Source: a virus | IMG/VR virus record: IMGVR_UViG_3300043823_000198 | Coordinates: 1-64,000 of that record | Length of the DNA stretch: 64,000 nt | Reading direction: 5' to 3' (one strand) | The notes under the pieces: model-generated | Databases searched by the model: none | The model's input: the letters and a program-made list of their open reading frames with translations, nothing else | What the model was told of the DNA's origin: nothing | Shown: positions 34,703 to 43,868 of the stretch, one piece after another | Position numbering within the stretch: the stretch's first letter is position 1 | How the letters are laid out: each line of letters begins with the position of its first letter | Made by a program: the position numbers and the translations under genes

Positions 34703-34763
34703 CCTTAGAAACTGTAGGGTATTTAAAATATACCTTGACTTTTAGTAAAAATTATAGTATAAT
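34698..34763 (+). promoter_or_regulatory. Palindrome + promoter cassette, copy 6
   Basis: AATAACCTT-agaaactgt-AGGGTATTT; TTGACT(34735)-N17-TATAAT. Confidence 0.7.
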
Positions 34764-34796
34764 AATACCTGTGATAACAACTTTTGTTGATAAATT

Positions 34797-35147
34797 ATGC
34801 AAATAATATACACTACCTCTAAGAAGTCCAAGAAACGCAAGCCAACGGCAAAGCAACGAGAATTGCAAAATTCTTGGGAACTTCTACTTAAGAAGTATAC
34901 CCCAAAGACTGTTGCTCCTAAAAAAGAACAACAACTCGGGGATGTATACTCACTTGGGAAACCTGCTTGTCGTGAGACACCTAAGATTCCAAGTCTTCCA
35001 TTTACTGGCGCTCCCTGCACTAAAAAAGCAACACCAGTTTATACTGGAACTATGATAAAAGGTATTGGTACTATGCATAAATCAAATGCTGTGCCGATTT
35101 TTAGTGATGAGCAGGCAATTGAAATTGCAACTATGCGAAGAAATTAA
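34797..35147 (+). CDS. Conserved T4-like hypothetical protein
   Basis: YTG..IKGIGTMHKSNAVPIF...A.MRR. Confidence 0.75.
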   Translation: MQIIYTTSKKSKKRKPTAKQRELQNSWELLLKKYTPKTVAPKKEQQLGDVYSLGKPACRETPKIPSLPFTGAPCTKKATPVYTGTMIKGIGTMHKSNAVPIFSDEQAIEIATMRRN

Positions 35148-35182
35148 TTTTGAAATTGATATAAAATAGGGTATAATATATT

Positions 35183-35398
35183 ATGACTGATTATGTTGCA
35201 CAAAGAAATAGACTTCTTTCTGAAAAAATGAAGTTAGATAAATTTTTCACAATGTATCTGGATAAGTTTGAACGCAAGATGGATCCAGAAAATCCAAATA
35301 CACCTATTTGGAAATTGTTTAAAGAAAAGTCAAACCACTATAATAAAATTTGTCAGGAAATTCGTAATGCAGAATATTGGATCCGTAAAGCTGTTTAG
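35183..35398 (+). CDS. Hypothetical protein
   Basis: Follows TTGAAA-N16-TATAAT; probably leaderless. Confidence 0.65.
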   Translation: MTDYVAQRNRLLSEKMKLDKFFTMYLDKFERKMDPENPNTPIWKLFKEKSNHYNKICQEIRNAEYWIRKAV

Positions 35399-35606
35399 TT
35401 CTTCAAATGAGTTTTCAATGCACATTGAACAGATAGTGCATGAAAAGAAGATTACATATATGGAAGCCGTTCTACAATATTGTAAAGAAAACTTCATTGA
35501 ACCAGAAGATATCGCAAAGTTGGTTAATAAATCACTCAAGGATAAACTTGAAGTAAATTTCCAAGATGAGAATTATTTACCAAAGAAAGCAACACTGAAT
35601 GTTTGA
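35367..35606 (+). CDS. gp33: Late transcription coactivator gp33
   Basis: FS..IE.IV....YMEAVLQYC.EN.IE.E.IAKLV.KSLKDKL; adjacent to gp59 and gp32. Confidence 0.85.
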   Translation: MQNIGSVKLFSSSNEFSMHIEQIVHEKKITYMEAVLQYCKENFIEPEDIAKLVNKSLKDKLEVNFQDENYLPKKATLNV

Positions 35607-35618
35607 AAAGAGTAATAC

Positions 35619-36227
35619 GTGGACGGATTTAAAGCATACCGATATTATCTAGCAATTAAACTACACTTCACAACAGATAAATTTAACGTCTTCGAAAATC
35701 GAGGTAATGTAAGAGGATCTCGTGAAGCATTTAATGCTCGTAATGACAGATACATATTTGAGAAAATAGCAAGAAAGTTTTCTTCAGATCGAGACATTGT
35801 TCAATTCTTTGTTGCAAATTTTGCGTATAGTACTGAACCTGCAATTTATGCAGGACAAGAAGCGGAAGATTCTCTTTTTGAGTGGAGCAGAAGAAAACAA
35901 AGTATTAGTAGAATTTTTATTGATGATCTAGCAAATATACTAAATTATGTTGAGATAAACAAATTACCAACTTCTTGTATTTTTGATTTTCAAAATAATG
36001 AGTATCCTGTAGCATTAAAACTATTTTTGGGTAAAAAGATTTCAATTGAAACCCTTGCAATAATCAATGAACTCGATCATGTTGTTGAGCATTGGATAAG
36101 TAATCCTACTGTGCAACATATTTGGGGTAATGAATTATTGCGAATAAAAAAGTTGACAGGTTTCGTTAAATACGATAAAATAAAACTTGGACAAATCTTT
36201 AAACATTTTGTAGAAGAATTAGACTGA
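35619..36227 (+). CDS. gp59: Helicase loader gp59
   Basis: Y..YLAIKLHF, F..R.DRY.FEK.A, FVANF, ISIETL; synteny. Confidence 0.85.
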   Translation: MDGFKAYRYYLAIKLHFTTDKFNVFENRGNVRGSREAFNARNDRYIFEKIARKFSSDRDIVQFFVANFAYSTEPAIYAGQEAEDSLFEWSRRKQSISRIFIDDLANILNYVEINKLPTSCIFDFQNNEYPVALKLFLGKKISIETLAIINELDHVVEHWISNPTVQHIWGNELLRIKKLTGFVKYDKIKLGQIFKHFVEELD

Positions 36228-36228
36228 T

Positions 36229-36450
36229 ATGGGTCGCACATATAATAAATCATCAAATTTCTACGATGATGAGAAATCTAGTGGTCGTTCGGGGAAGCAT
36301 GCTAGACATACCAGCGGTAAAAAAACTGGTGGTATGAGAACGATAAATAGATATGTTGAAGAAGATTATGATTTTAACGATGAACTCTTTGATGATGACG
36401 TTGAACTAAATGATAATATTTTTATACAACATACTAAAAATAAACCGTAA
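36229..36450 (+). CDS. Hypothetical protein, basic N-terminus and acidic C-terminus
   Basis: Lies between gp59 and gp32; upstream TTGACA-N17-TAAAAT inside gp59. Confidence 0.65.
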   Translation: MGRTYNKSSNFYDDEKSSGRSGKHARHTSGKKTGGMRTINRYVEEDYDFNDELFDDDVELNDNIFIQHTKNKP

Positions 36451-36476
36451 TACATTTTTATACAAAGGAAAATACG

Positions 36477-37397
36477 ATGGATATTCAAACACTCCGTAAA
36501 ATGCGCAATCAAGACTTCAGCAAAATCGCTGGAGAATTTGATAAGATCTCTAATCCCCAATCTGGCGAGAAGAAGTCATACGAAGATGACAGATTCTGGC
36601 GTCTAGAGGGCGACAAGGCTGGTAACGGAACAGCTACTATTCGATTCCTACCACGTGTTGAAGGCGACGAGCTTCCTTGGGTTCGTATCTTTTCTCATGG
36701 CTTCCAGGGTCCAACTGGCAAATGGTATATCGAAAACTCCCTAACAACTCTTGGCGAAACCGATCCTGTCGGTGAATTGAACACCCAACTTTGGAACTCT
36801 GGTTCTGAAGCAAACAAAGAGATTGCTCGTAAACAAAAGCGTAAGTTGAGTTTCATCGCAAATGTTCTTATCGTTTCTGATCCAAAGCACCCTGAGAATG
36901 AAGGACAGGTTAAACTGTTTAAATTCGGTAAGAAAATCTTTGATAAGATTATGGATAAGGCAAAGCCAACCTATGAAGATGAAACACCTGTAAACGTGTT
37001 CGACTTCTGGGAAGGTGCCAACTTCAAGTTGCGTATGCGCAAGAAAGATGGATATACCAACTACGACGAATCTGCATTCTTGGAGCCAGCAGCAATTGGT
37101 TCTGATGAGGAAATCGTTGCTGTTGCGAAAGCCCAGCATAAACTTGCTGAGTTTCTTGATCGTAAAAACTTCAAGTCTTATGATGAATTGAAGAAGAAAC
37201 TTGATCAGGTTCTTTCTGGCGATTCTTTTATTTCTAAATCTGCGGCAGATTTATCTGAAGATGAAATACCTTCAGCGCCTGCTCCAAAAATCGCATCAAA
37301 ACCTGCTCTTACTCTTACTCAAAAGACAGTTGATGTTGAAGATGATGAAGAAGAAGACGTTATGTCTTATTTTAAGAAAATCGCTCAAGAAGAATAA
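36477..37397 (+). CDS. gp32: Single-stranded DNA-binding protein gp32
   Basis: DDRFW, GNG.A.IRFLP, HGFQ..GKWYIENS, FGKKIFDKI, GANFKL, acidic tail. Confidence 0.95.
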   Translation: MDIQTLRKMRNQDFSKIAGEFDKISNPQSGEKKSYEDDRFWRLEGDKAGNGTATIRFLPRVEGDELPWVRIFSHGFQGPTGKWYIENSLTTLGETDPVGELNTQLWNSGSEANKEIARKQKRKLSFIANVLIVSDPKHPENEGQVKLFKFGKKIFDKIMDKAKPTYEDETPVNVFDFWEGANFKLRMRKKDGYTNYDESAFLEPAAIGSDEEIVAVAKAQHKLAEFLDRKNFKSYDELKKKLDQVLSGDSFISKSAADLSEDEIPSAPAPKIASKPALTLTQKTVDVEDDEEEDVMSYFKKIAQEE

Positions 37398-37411
37398 TTG
37401 AGCTAAATGAG

Positions 37412-37437
37412 AAAAGGGAGCTTGGCTCCCTTTTTTT
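37412..37437. terminator. Bidirectional terminator between convergent operons
   Basis: AAAAGGGAGC-ttg-GCTCCCTTTTTT. Confidence 0.85.
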
Positions 37438-39109
37438 ATGCGTAACGATTTGCCGTATATTTGTTAACGGAAGATTCTTGATTACGTATTGGAGATCTAA
37501 TAACCTGTGTAGTGTTAGAGTTATTAGTAACTGGCGCATTAACAACGCTAGTGTTATTTTTAGTTGACGGAGTTGCCGCTGTATTTGCATTGTCAGCAGA
37601 TTTTTGTTCTACAATATTACCCGCATTTGGTTGACTTGCTGCTTCTGGTTTTGGTTTTGAATCCATACCATCTGATTTAAATGGATAGAATGGACCAATA
37701 GAAACTTCTTTTCCAACTACTGGAATCTTAAATTTAATCTCAGGAATTCCAATCCCTTGAATGAAAGAAAGAAAACTATCTTTCATTGCGCTAAAAAACT
37801 CTCCGATCGGTTTTACGATATGATCATCAACCCAAGCAGCCATATCTCCTATGACTTCTTTTATCTTTTCTTTATCAAACAATCCAAAAGTTAAGAAATC
37901 TACTATACCAGCGAGACCAGCAATAAGAGCTTTCCCTATATCTCCTGTCTTCATAAACTCATCAAATCCATCCATAATACCTTCAAACAGAGCACCAACA
38001 ATTGCTCCTATCGCAAATGCTTTACCAAGAAATTTTAGTATTGTTTTTGGATTAAAGAAACTCTTTAAAGCCATCATTACTTCTGGACCTAAGAAATCAA
38101 TTATCTTATCAAATATTTTTTCACCATTATTTTCTGTTGGTTTTTCTGGAGTGGCTTTTTTATCATTACCTTCACCACCTCTAGTATTTTCCTCAATTTT
38201 TTGTAAGATTGAAGATTCTTTTTCTTGTTCGCGTTTACTTTCTTCAGCAACTTCTGCTCCTTGCATTGCTTCAGCTGCGGTTGATGTTGCAGTTTTTGCT
38301 GGTTCAACACCTTTCTGCATTTTTGCGCTTTCAGAAGGCAGAGCATTAAAATTAATTTCTCTTTCAGTCGCATCAGGTGTTAATGCCTTTGCGCTCTTAT
38401 CATATGAACGATATTGATTTGTTAGTTGCTCTTTCTTGAGCAACATCTCTTTACCAGCTGTAGATGCTTCAAATTCTTCATCGCTAATACCGTGCTTTGC
38501 TTTTAAAGCAGAGATTTTCTTATCGTGTGCTTTTATCTCTTTAGATGTATTATACGCACCCTCGGCATCTTCATCAGTAACCTCATTACCCAATGCTTTT
38601 TGTTTCGCTTTAAATGCATCCTTGGCCAGTGTTTTATTAAAAACACCACCAACATTCAATGCACCAAGAACAGTTTTCTTTAGACCACCATTAGCGATAC
38701 CAAACTTTTCTTTAACACCCTCCTTCTTTTCTTTTAGAGATTCTCCAAGTTTCTCTAAAAAATTACCACTGGTGTTGATTGCGGAAGCAAGTTCGGCGAG
38801 TTTAGCAGACTCCTCAAATGCGAGTCTGTCCATTTCTTCTCTTGTTTTCCAAAATGTTCTACTACCTTTTAATTGCTGTTTAGCAATATCAAGTATCATT
38901 TCTTGCGTTTTGGAAGAATCAATTCCACCATTCGCATTTTTTTGAAGTTTTTCGTTTTCTCTGGATAACTCAAGCAATTTTCTAATGCTAGATAACTCTC
39001 CCAATGATGCTTGTTGTGCTTCAAGTAGTTTACCAAATCCTTCTTCATTTGAGGATGTCTGCTGTCTAATGCTTGAATTTACTGAGCTATTACCTGTTCT
39101 TTTTGCCAT
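37436..39109 (-). CDS. Probable tape measure / baseplate hub protein (gp29-like)
   Basis: Helical 557 aa protein, hydrophobic Gly/Ala segment, C-terminal VVNAPVTNNSNTT; downstream of gp26/gp51. Confidence 0.55.
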   Translation of the reverse strand: MAKRTGNSSVNSSIRQQTSSNEEGFGKLLEAQQASLGELSSIRKLLELSRENEKLQKNANGGIDSSKTQEMILDIAKQQLKGSRTFWKTREEMDRLAFEESAKLAELASAINTSGNFLEKLGESLKEKKEGVKEKFGIANGGLKKTVLGALNVGGVFNKTLAKDAFKAKQKALGNEVTDEDAEGAYNTSKEIKAHDKKISALKAKHGISDEEFEASTAGKEMLLKKEQLTNQYRSYDKSAKALTPDATEREINFNALPSESAKMQKGVEPAKTATSTAAEAMQGAEVAEESKREQEKESSILQKIEENTRGGEGNDKKATPEKPTENNGEKIFDKIIDFLGPEVMMALKSFFNPKTILKFLGKAFAIGAIVGALFEGIMDGFDEFMKTGDIGKALIAGLAGIVDFLTFGLFDKEKIKEVIGDMAAWVDDHIVKPIGEFFSAMKDSFLSFIQGIGIPEIKFKIPVVGKEVSIGPFYPFKSDGMDSKPKPEAASQPNAGNIVEQKSADNANTAATPSTKNNTSVVNAPVTNNSNTTQVIRSPIRNQESSVNKYTANRYA

Positions 39110-39112
39110 GTT

Positions 39113-39241
39113 TTATCTCTTGTTAGATTCTAATCTTTTCTTTTCTTCTTCCAAATAATTAATCAACATAGCAACATATACCTCACGTTCAAAAGGTATC
39201 ATATATTCAATCTCTGCTAAAGAGTATTTGTGGTATTGCAT
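39113..39241 (-). CDS. gp51: gp51-like baseplate hub assembly catalyst (possibly reached by frameshift)
   Basis: MQYHKYSLAEIEYMIPFEREVYV motif; frame stays open upstream through the T8 tract. Confidence 0.7.
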   Translation of the reverse strand: MQYHKYSLAEIEYMIPFEREVYVAMLINYLEEEKKRLESNKR

Positions 39242-39294
39242 AAGGGCGAAATTAAGTTTGTAATAATTCGCCAAACTCTCATGGCAGAGATTAA

Positions 39295-40017
39295 TTAAAA
39301 AAAACTTTGCATTCCCTCCAAAGTTTTCTTGTGGTGTCTTTGACAAATGGGACAATCATATTCAACTTCTTTTTTAATTCTAGGCATCGTCAAGAAAAAC
39401 TTTTGAATTTCACCAAATTGAGTTGCGTTTAGATTGTTTAAGAATTCAAGTAATTCAGATTTCTTTTGTTCTTTTGCATAATGAATTTTATCGCCATCGT
39501 AGATAAAATTAATACATTCAGAAACAATATCAAAAATGTCATCAATATTATCAGTATCAAGTTTCTCCATCTTATTCATAATCTGAATAGTTGGATATTT
39601 CATTACAACTCCAACATTATCAAATAATGGAATTTTATTAATATGATCTTCTGGTGTTTCTACTTGTAATTTTGTCAGATCAATACTTATTTTTACCTTT
39701 GCTTTATCGTTCTGTTCTCCATGATCCATATCGCATGGAAACAATAATTCAATTATTTCACCAACAGATTTTGCTCGTATTTGAGTAAAAATGTATTCAA
39801 GATCGAATGTTGCTAGAGACTCTGGATCAATTTTATCAAGAATACATGAAGAAATGATATTCTTTAATGTATCTACCATAACAACTGGATCTTCGCTCTG
39901 TTGAGCAATTAATAGCGCCTTCTCTTCTTTAACTAGAAATGGACGATATTTAACATTTTTTTTACTAGAGGGTATCACCAAATTATATGTTGGTGTATTC
40001 ATTACTGGTAATGCCAT
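39295..40017 (-). CDS. gp26: Baseplate hub subunit / assembly chaperone gp26
   Basis: MALP..PTY.L..PS, YRPFLVKEEK.LL, FDLEYIF..IRAKSVGE, MKYP, CPIC, LEG.QSFF. Confidence 0.85.
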   Translation of the reverse strand: MALPVMNTPTYNLVIPSSKKNVKYRPFLVKEEKALLIAQQSEDPVVMVDTLKNIISSCILDKIDPESLATFDLEYIFTQIRAKSVGEIIELLFPCDMDHGEQNDKAKVKISIDLTKLQVETPEDHINKIPLFDNVGVVMKYPTIQIMNKMEKLDTDNIDDIFDIVSECINFIYDGDKIHYAKEQKKSELLEFLNNLNATQFGEIQKFFLTMPRIKKEVEYDCPICQRHHKKTLEGMQSFF

Positions 40018-40436
40018 TATTTCTCTCCTTGCATATTCTTAATCATTTTACTTAATTCTGCTGTACTTCCTACGAAAACAGCATTATTGATCACTTTGTC
40101 AGCAACCTTACCATTTACACTATCAATCTTTTGTTTTTGCTGGTGAATATCTAGCAATTGTTGGTTTACATCAGCAAGTTGTTTCATTAAATTACCAACA
40201 ACTTCAAACGCTCTTGGATGTTCAGATTGTTTAGCAACTTCAAGCGCATGCATTAACGCATTCTGGCCAGTAATGAGAAGTTCTCTTAGATTATCTCTGG
40301 CATGTTCATAATCGTTTTCAATTTTACCCTCTGTAGTTTTTACAATCTCTCCAGTGGTATTATCAATCACTTCAGTTTTTGGTTTTTCTTGAGGTATTAA
40401 ATCAAATACCTCTGATAATGAATCATCAATTTTCAT
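40017..40436 (-). CDS. gp16: Terminase small subunit gp16
   Basis: DYE.AR.NL, SEHPRAFEV, NNAVFVGSTAEL. Confidence 0.9.
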   Translation of the reverse strand: MKIDDSLSEVFDLIPQEKPKTEVIDNTTGEIVKTTEGKIENDYEHARDNLRELLITGQNALMHALEVAKQSEHPRAFEVVGNLMKQLADVNQQLLDIHQQKQKIDSVNGKVADKVINNAVFVGSTAELSKMIKNMQGEK

Positions 40437-40437
40437 T

Positions 40438-40947
40438 TTATATGTCGTTTCTAGAGTTTCTCATTGGTGGATCTCCAGCAGTTGTATTTATTGTTGGACG
40501 TGGAATTGGAGTAGGCATTGGTCTTGGGATTGGTGCTGGTGTTGGAGCAGGTACACTTCCAACGCTGCTTGGTGTAGGTGCTGTTGGGGTTGCGACTGGC
40601 GTAGGTGTGCTAGGTGTTGTTGGCACTGTTGGTACGCTGGATGGAATTGAGAGGCCACCATTATTTGCTCCATTCAATTTCTCTTGAGTTCTACCGTAAG
40701 CTGCGATACCAAGAACAGCGCCCATGGCGACGTGAAATAAACCAGCACCTTGTAGCGTTAATGGCTGCCATTGTGTTTGAACTGAACCATGGCTTACACT
40801 TTGTAAAATACTCCATAAAATTGGAGCTAACATAAAGTCAAAACCACAAACAGCCATGTACATCCATCCCATCATTGGACGCCATTTACTATTCATCCAG
40901 TCTTCTTTTTTCTTTTCGCTTGCGCTCATTTCTTGATGATTTGACAT
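40438..40947 (-). CDS. Holin-like membrane protein with Pro/Thr-rich tail
   Basis: WRPMMGW.Y, GAVLG..AYGRTQEK (3TM GTA-type holin motifs). Confidence 0.7.
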   Translation of the reverse strand: MSNHQEMSASEKKKEDWMNSKWRPMMGWMYMAVCGFDFMLAPILWSILQSVSHGSVQTQWQPLTLQGAGLFHVAMGAVLGIAAYGRTQEKLNGANNGGLSIPSSVPTVPTTPSTPTPVATPTAPTPSSVGSVPAPTPAPIPRPMPTPIPRPTINTTAGDPPMRNSRNDI

Positions 40948-40948
40948 T

Positions 40949-41650
40949 TTAGAATTTAATTAAATTTGGAAGTTTTGATACCAGTGCTGCTCCAGCAGCA
41001 CCAATTGCGAAATTTGATAATCTAGATGTGAATGAAGATTGAATTGGATCTCCATTACTTGTTACATTAGCATAAGGATTAACAGGAAACGTATTATTGT
41101 GAACCTGGTATGTTGCTGTATTTGATTGCGTTATTTGTGGATATGTTTGATACCATTTATATGCAAAATTTACGGAGAGTTTCATTATATCTTTTGCTGC
41201 ATAATCTAATTGAACAGCACCAATACTTTTTGGATATGCCTCATATAAAGATACCATATATGTTGTGTTATCGAATGTGTCTTGAACGTATATGTCGATA
41301 TCAGTAACATAATTATCATAATAATTAAACTGACGTGTTACAGGATCCATAATTTGTGCTTGCCATTGATCAAATAAGTTTTTAACCTGCATGTCTTTAT
41401 CAACATAAAAAGACATATTGATGTCTTCATACAGTTTTTCATATGGAGCTTTTCTAACTTCTCCATATGTTCTTGTATCGCTTGTGTTATAATTTATACC
41501 AGGTAATTGTATTTGATCGCAAAACAAAAGAGCTGCTCTCAACGTATAGTTATCGAACTGAAAGGGTAAGTTTACATTAACAGCATACCTGTTAGTTCTT
41601 GCCATACCATTAGTTTTTACTTGAGCAATAAAATCGTTTATGTTAGCCAT
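40949..41650 (-). CDS. gp54: Baseplate-tail tube initiator gp54-like
   Basis: GMARTNRY, LPG, FYVD, LYEAYPKSI.AVQL, L.VNFAY. Confidence 0.75.
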   Translation of the reverse strand: MANINDFIAQVKTNGMARTNRYAVNVNLPFQFDNYTLRAALLFCDQIQLPGINYNTSDTRTYGEVRKAPYEKLYEDINMSFYVDKDMQVKNLFDQWQAQIMDPVTRQFNYYDNYVTDIDIYVQDTFDNTTYMVSLYEAYPKSIGAVQLDYAAKDIMKLSVNFAYKWYQTYPQITQSNTATYQVHNNTFPVNPYANVTSNGDPIQSSFTSRLSNFAIGAAGAALVSKLPNLIKF

Positions 41651-42252
41651 TATGCTTTTCTTATAATTTTTCTGGAATCTGCCCAGACTTGTTGTTTAGA
41701 CGCTCCGACAAAACGCTCTACTGGTAACAACATAGCAGTTGCCCAATCCTCTGAGTATATTTGTCTGAATTGACTTCGTACATGACCAGATAAATAATGT
41801 TTTACGCAAGGTTTAGCTGCTGCGTACCTAGAAACACCATCAATTAACGCCCAGCTATATTTAATCTTTGTTGTTTTATCCCAACGACTGTTGTTTTTAA
41901 AAATAAGCAAATTATCAAGTAATTTAATTCTAAGATCGTAGGGTAGATAATGCATATTTAATCCAAGAAAACCATCTGGCATCTTTCTAAATGGAAAAAC
42001 CAGAGGAAATCTATCATAATAAGGTAGCTCTTCTTTCAACTTTGGATCATAAATATACATATACAGGCTTCCAGGCATAATCGCATTTTTCAGATCAGCT
42101 GGTTCACCTTTCAAGACTTTATTTGGTGTGATGTTCTGCTGCGCCATTGACGCTACTTGTTTTTCGAACCAGCTTCTAGATCTTTTAACAGCGGTCAAAA
42201 GATCGTATTTATTTTGGTCAAAAACGTCTTGAATTGGTTTTTTTATTGCCAT
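41650..42252 (-). CDS. gp2: DNA end protector gp2
   Basis: YDPK.K..LPYYDRFPL, GFLGLN.HYL, KPCVKHYL..HV.S, W..A..LP..RF. Confidence 0.9.
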   Translation of the reverse strand: MAIKKPIQDVFDQNKYDLLTAVKRSRSWFEKQVASMAQQNITPNKVLKGEPADLKNAIMPGSLYMYIYDPKLKEELPYYDRFPLVFPFRKMPDGFLGLNMHYLPYDLRIKLLDNLLIFKNNSRWDKTTKIKYSWALIDGVSRYAAAKPCVKHYLSGHVRSQFRQIYSEDWATAMLLPVERFVGASKQQVWADSRKIIRKA

Positions 42253-42258
42253 AATGAC

Positions 42259-42265
42259 TATTTAG
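42259..42265 (-). promoter_or_regulatory. Late promoter upstream of gp2
   Basis: CTAAATA on the minus strand. Confidence 0.55.
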
Positions 42266-42703
42266 TTAAATCAGTCCGAGTTCTTTCTCTGTTATGATTT
42301 TGAATTCCCAACCACGGTCTTTACAGTATTCTTTTGCAGCAGCCCATTTTGCTTGATTTTTTATGAATGTCATCGATTCAGTTAGATATCTTTTGGTTTG
42401 TCTACCAGGATAAACTGGTGGTTCACATTGTTTCGCTGGTTTTACCTCAACAAGATATCGCTTTAATGAACCATCTTTTTGTTTAACTTGGATATTAAAA
42501 TCCACAAAATAACGATGTATTTTGTCATCAGTTGGGCAACGATATGGAATAACAGTTTCTTCTGAATTCCATTTTAATATACTTGGATTATGATCGCACC
42601 AAGTGGCAAACCTAGTTTCCCAACTTGAACGCATTATAATATTTGTTGGATCTCCAATATACTTTTCTGGATGTAATGGTTTGTATACTCTTTTGTGAAA
42701 CAT
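42266..42703 (-). CDS. gp4: Head completion nuclease gp4
   Basis: P.HPEKY.GD, RSSWE, W.SEE, HRYFVDF, EVKP, NQAKW.AA, ITEKEL. Confidence 0.9.
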   Translation of the reverse strand: MFHKRVYKPLHPEKYIGDPTNIIMRSSWETRFATWCDHNPSILKWNSEETVIPYRCPTDDKIHRYFVDFNIQVKQKDGSLKRYLVEVKPAKQCEPPVYPGRQTKRYLTESMTFIKNQAKWAAAKEYCKDRGWEFKIITEKELGLI

Positions 42704-42738
42704 AAATATTGATTGTAAATAATAACCCTTCTATTTAG
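42701..42738. promoter_or_regulatory. Divergent late promoters between gp4 and gp48
   Basis: CATAAATA (42701) and GTAAATA (42715) on plus; CTAAATA (42732-42738) on minus. Confidence 0.55.
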
Positions 42739-42743
42739 ATAAA

Positions 42744-43868
42744 ATGGCAAATACCGATCAACTTACCTCTGCTACTTCTGGTGGTTTACTTAATGTAGCA
42801 GCTACAGCAAACGGAGCACTAGCAGCATCCTCTCTTCGAACAGCAACTGGAACTGCAACTACGTTTGATTCAAACACGTACCAAACACAACAATATAGTT
42901 ACCCAGCAGACCTATTCGATCCAACAGGACAGTATGGTGGAAATTATGTAATTTTTTATATTAATGTATCTGCTGATTCAAAATTATATAAATCCAATCC
43001 AACAAATGTTGTTAATAACATATCTAAACGAGATCAGGGAGATTTAGTTGGTCAGAATATTAATCTAACAACTGCAAATGCCACAACTGGCGCTATAGAG
43101 GGTGCTGTTGGTGGTGGTTTATTGGCTGGTAATCTTAAAGGTGCTGGTGTTGGTGCTGCTACAGGTGCAGTTGCTGGTGCGGCTGTAGGTGGATTACTTT
43201 CTAGTATGGGAACATCAAGAGCAAATAAACGTCTTAAGACTGCGATTGCTTTACATATTCCAAACGATTTGTCTATTAGTTATGGTGTTCAGTGGTCGGA
43301 AGAAGATACTGCTGCTCTTGCAATGGGTGGTGCTGCGAGTGAAGAAGTTATTAAAGCAATCACAACTGGTGGTAAAAATTCAGACGTAACTGGTGTCGGT
43401 GCTGCGATTTTAGCGAACCTTGCTCTTTCAAAAGCGCCAAACGCTGGCGCCAATTCTGCTGCGACTGGCTTGGCAGCAAATCCAAAGAAAGAACAGGTCT
43501 TTAAGGGTGTTGATTTTAGGACATTCAGTTTTGATTATAAGTTTTTTCCAAGAAATTCAACAGAATCACAGTATGTTTTGAATATTATTCAGGAATTCAA
43601 ATATCACATGCATCCTGAATTCAAAGATACAAATAACTTTTTGTATATTTACCCTTCTGAGTTTGATATTATGTACTATCAAAATGGTACTGAAAATTTA
43701 AATTTACATCGTCACACTTCTGCAGTTTTGACGCATATGAGTGTTAACTATACACCAAACGGAATGTTCAATACGTTTGCAGATGGTATGCCAACGCAGA
43801 TTGATGTTAAATTAGATTTCCGTGAATTGGCTCTATTGACAAAAGATAAAGTTAAGGCAGGTCTATAA
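42744..43868 (+). CDS. gp48: Baseplate tail tube cap gp48
   Basis: IALHIP, NP.KEQ.FKG..FRTFSF.YKF.PRN, YPSEFDI, VNYTP. Confidence 0.85.
   Translation: MANTDQLTSATSGGLLNVAATANGALAASSLRTATGTATTFDSNTYQTQQYSYPADLFDPTGQYGGNYVIFYINVSADSKLYKSNPTNVVNNISKRDQGDLVGQNINLTTANATTGAIEGAVGGGLLAGNLKGAGVGAATGAVAGAAVGGLLSSMGTSRANKRLKTAIALHIPNDLSISYGVQWSEEDTAALAMGGAASEEVIKAITTGGKNSDVTGVGAAILANLALSKAPNAGANSAATGLAANPKKEQVFKGVDFRTFSFDYKFFPRNSTESQYVLNIIQEFKYHMHPEFKDTNNFLYIYPSEFDIMYYQNGTENLNLHRHTSAVLTHMSVNYTPNGMFNTFADGMPTQIDVKLDFRELALLTKDKVKAGL

Noticed and set aside
37851-38945. Plus-strand ORFs of 188 and 169 aa
   Set aside because: Antisense to the 557-aa minus-strand gene, with no RBS or recognisable motifs
42721-42730. 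Seventh copy of the AATAACCCT palindrome
   Set aside because: Only one half-site, with no AGGGTT arm and no sigma70 promoter; it lies among late promoters
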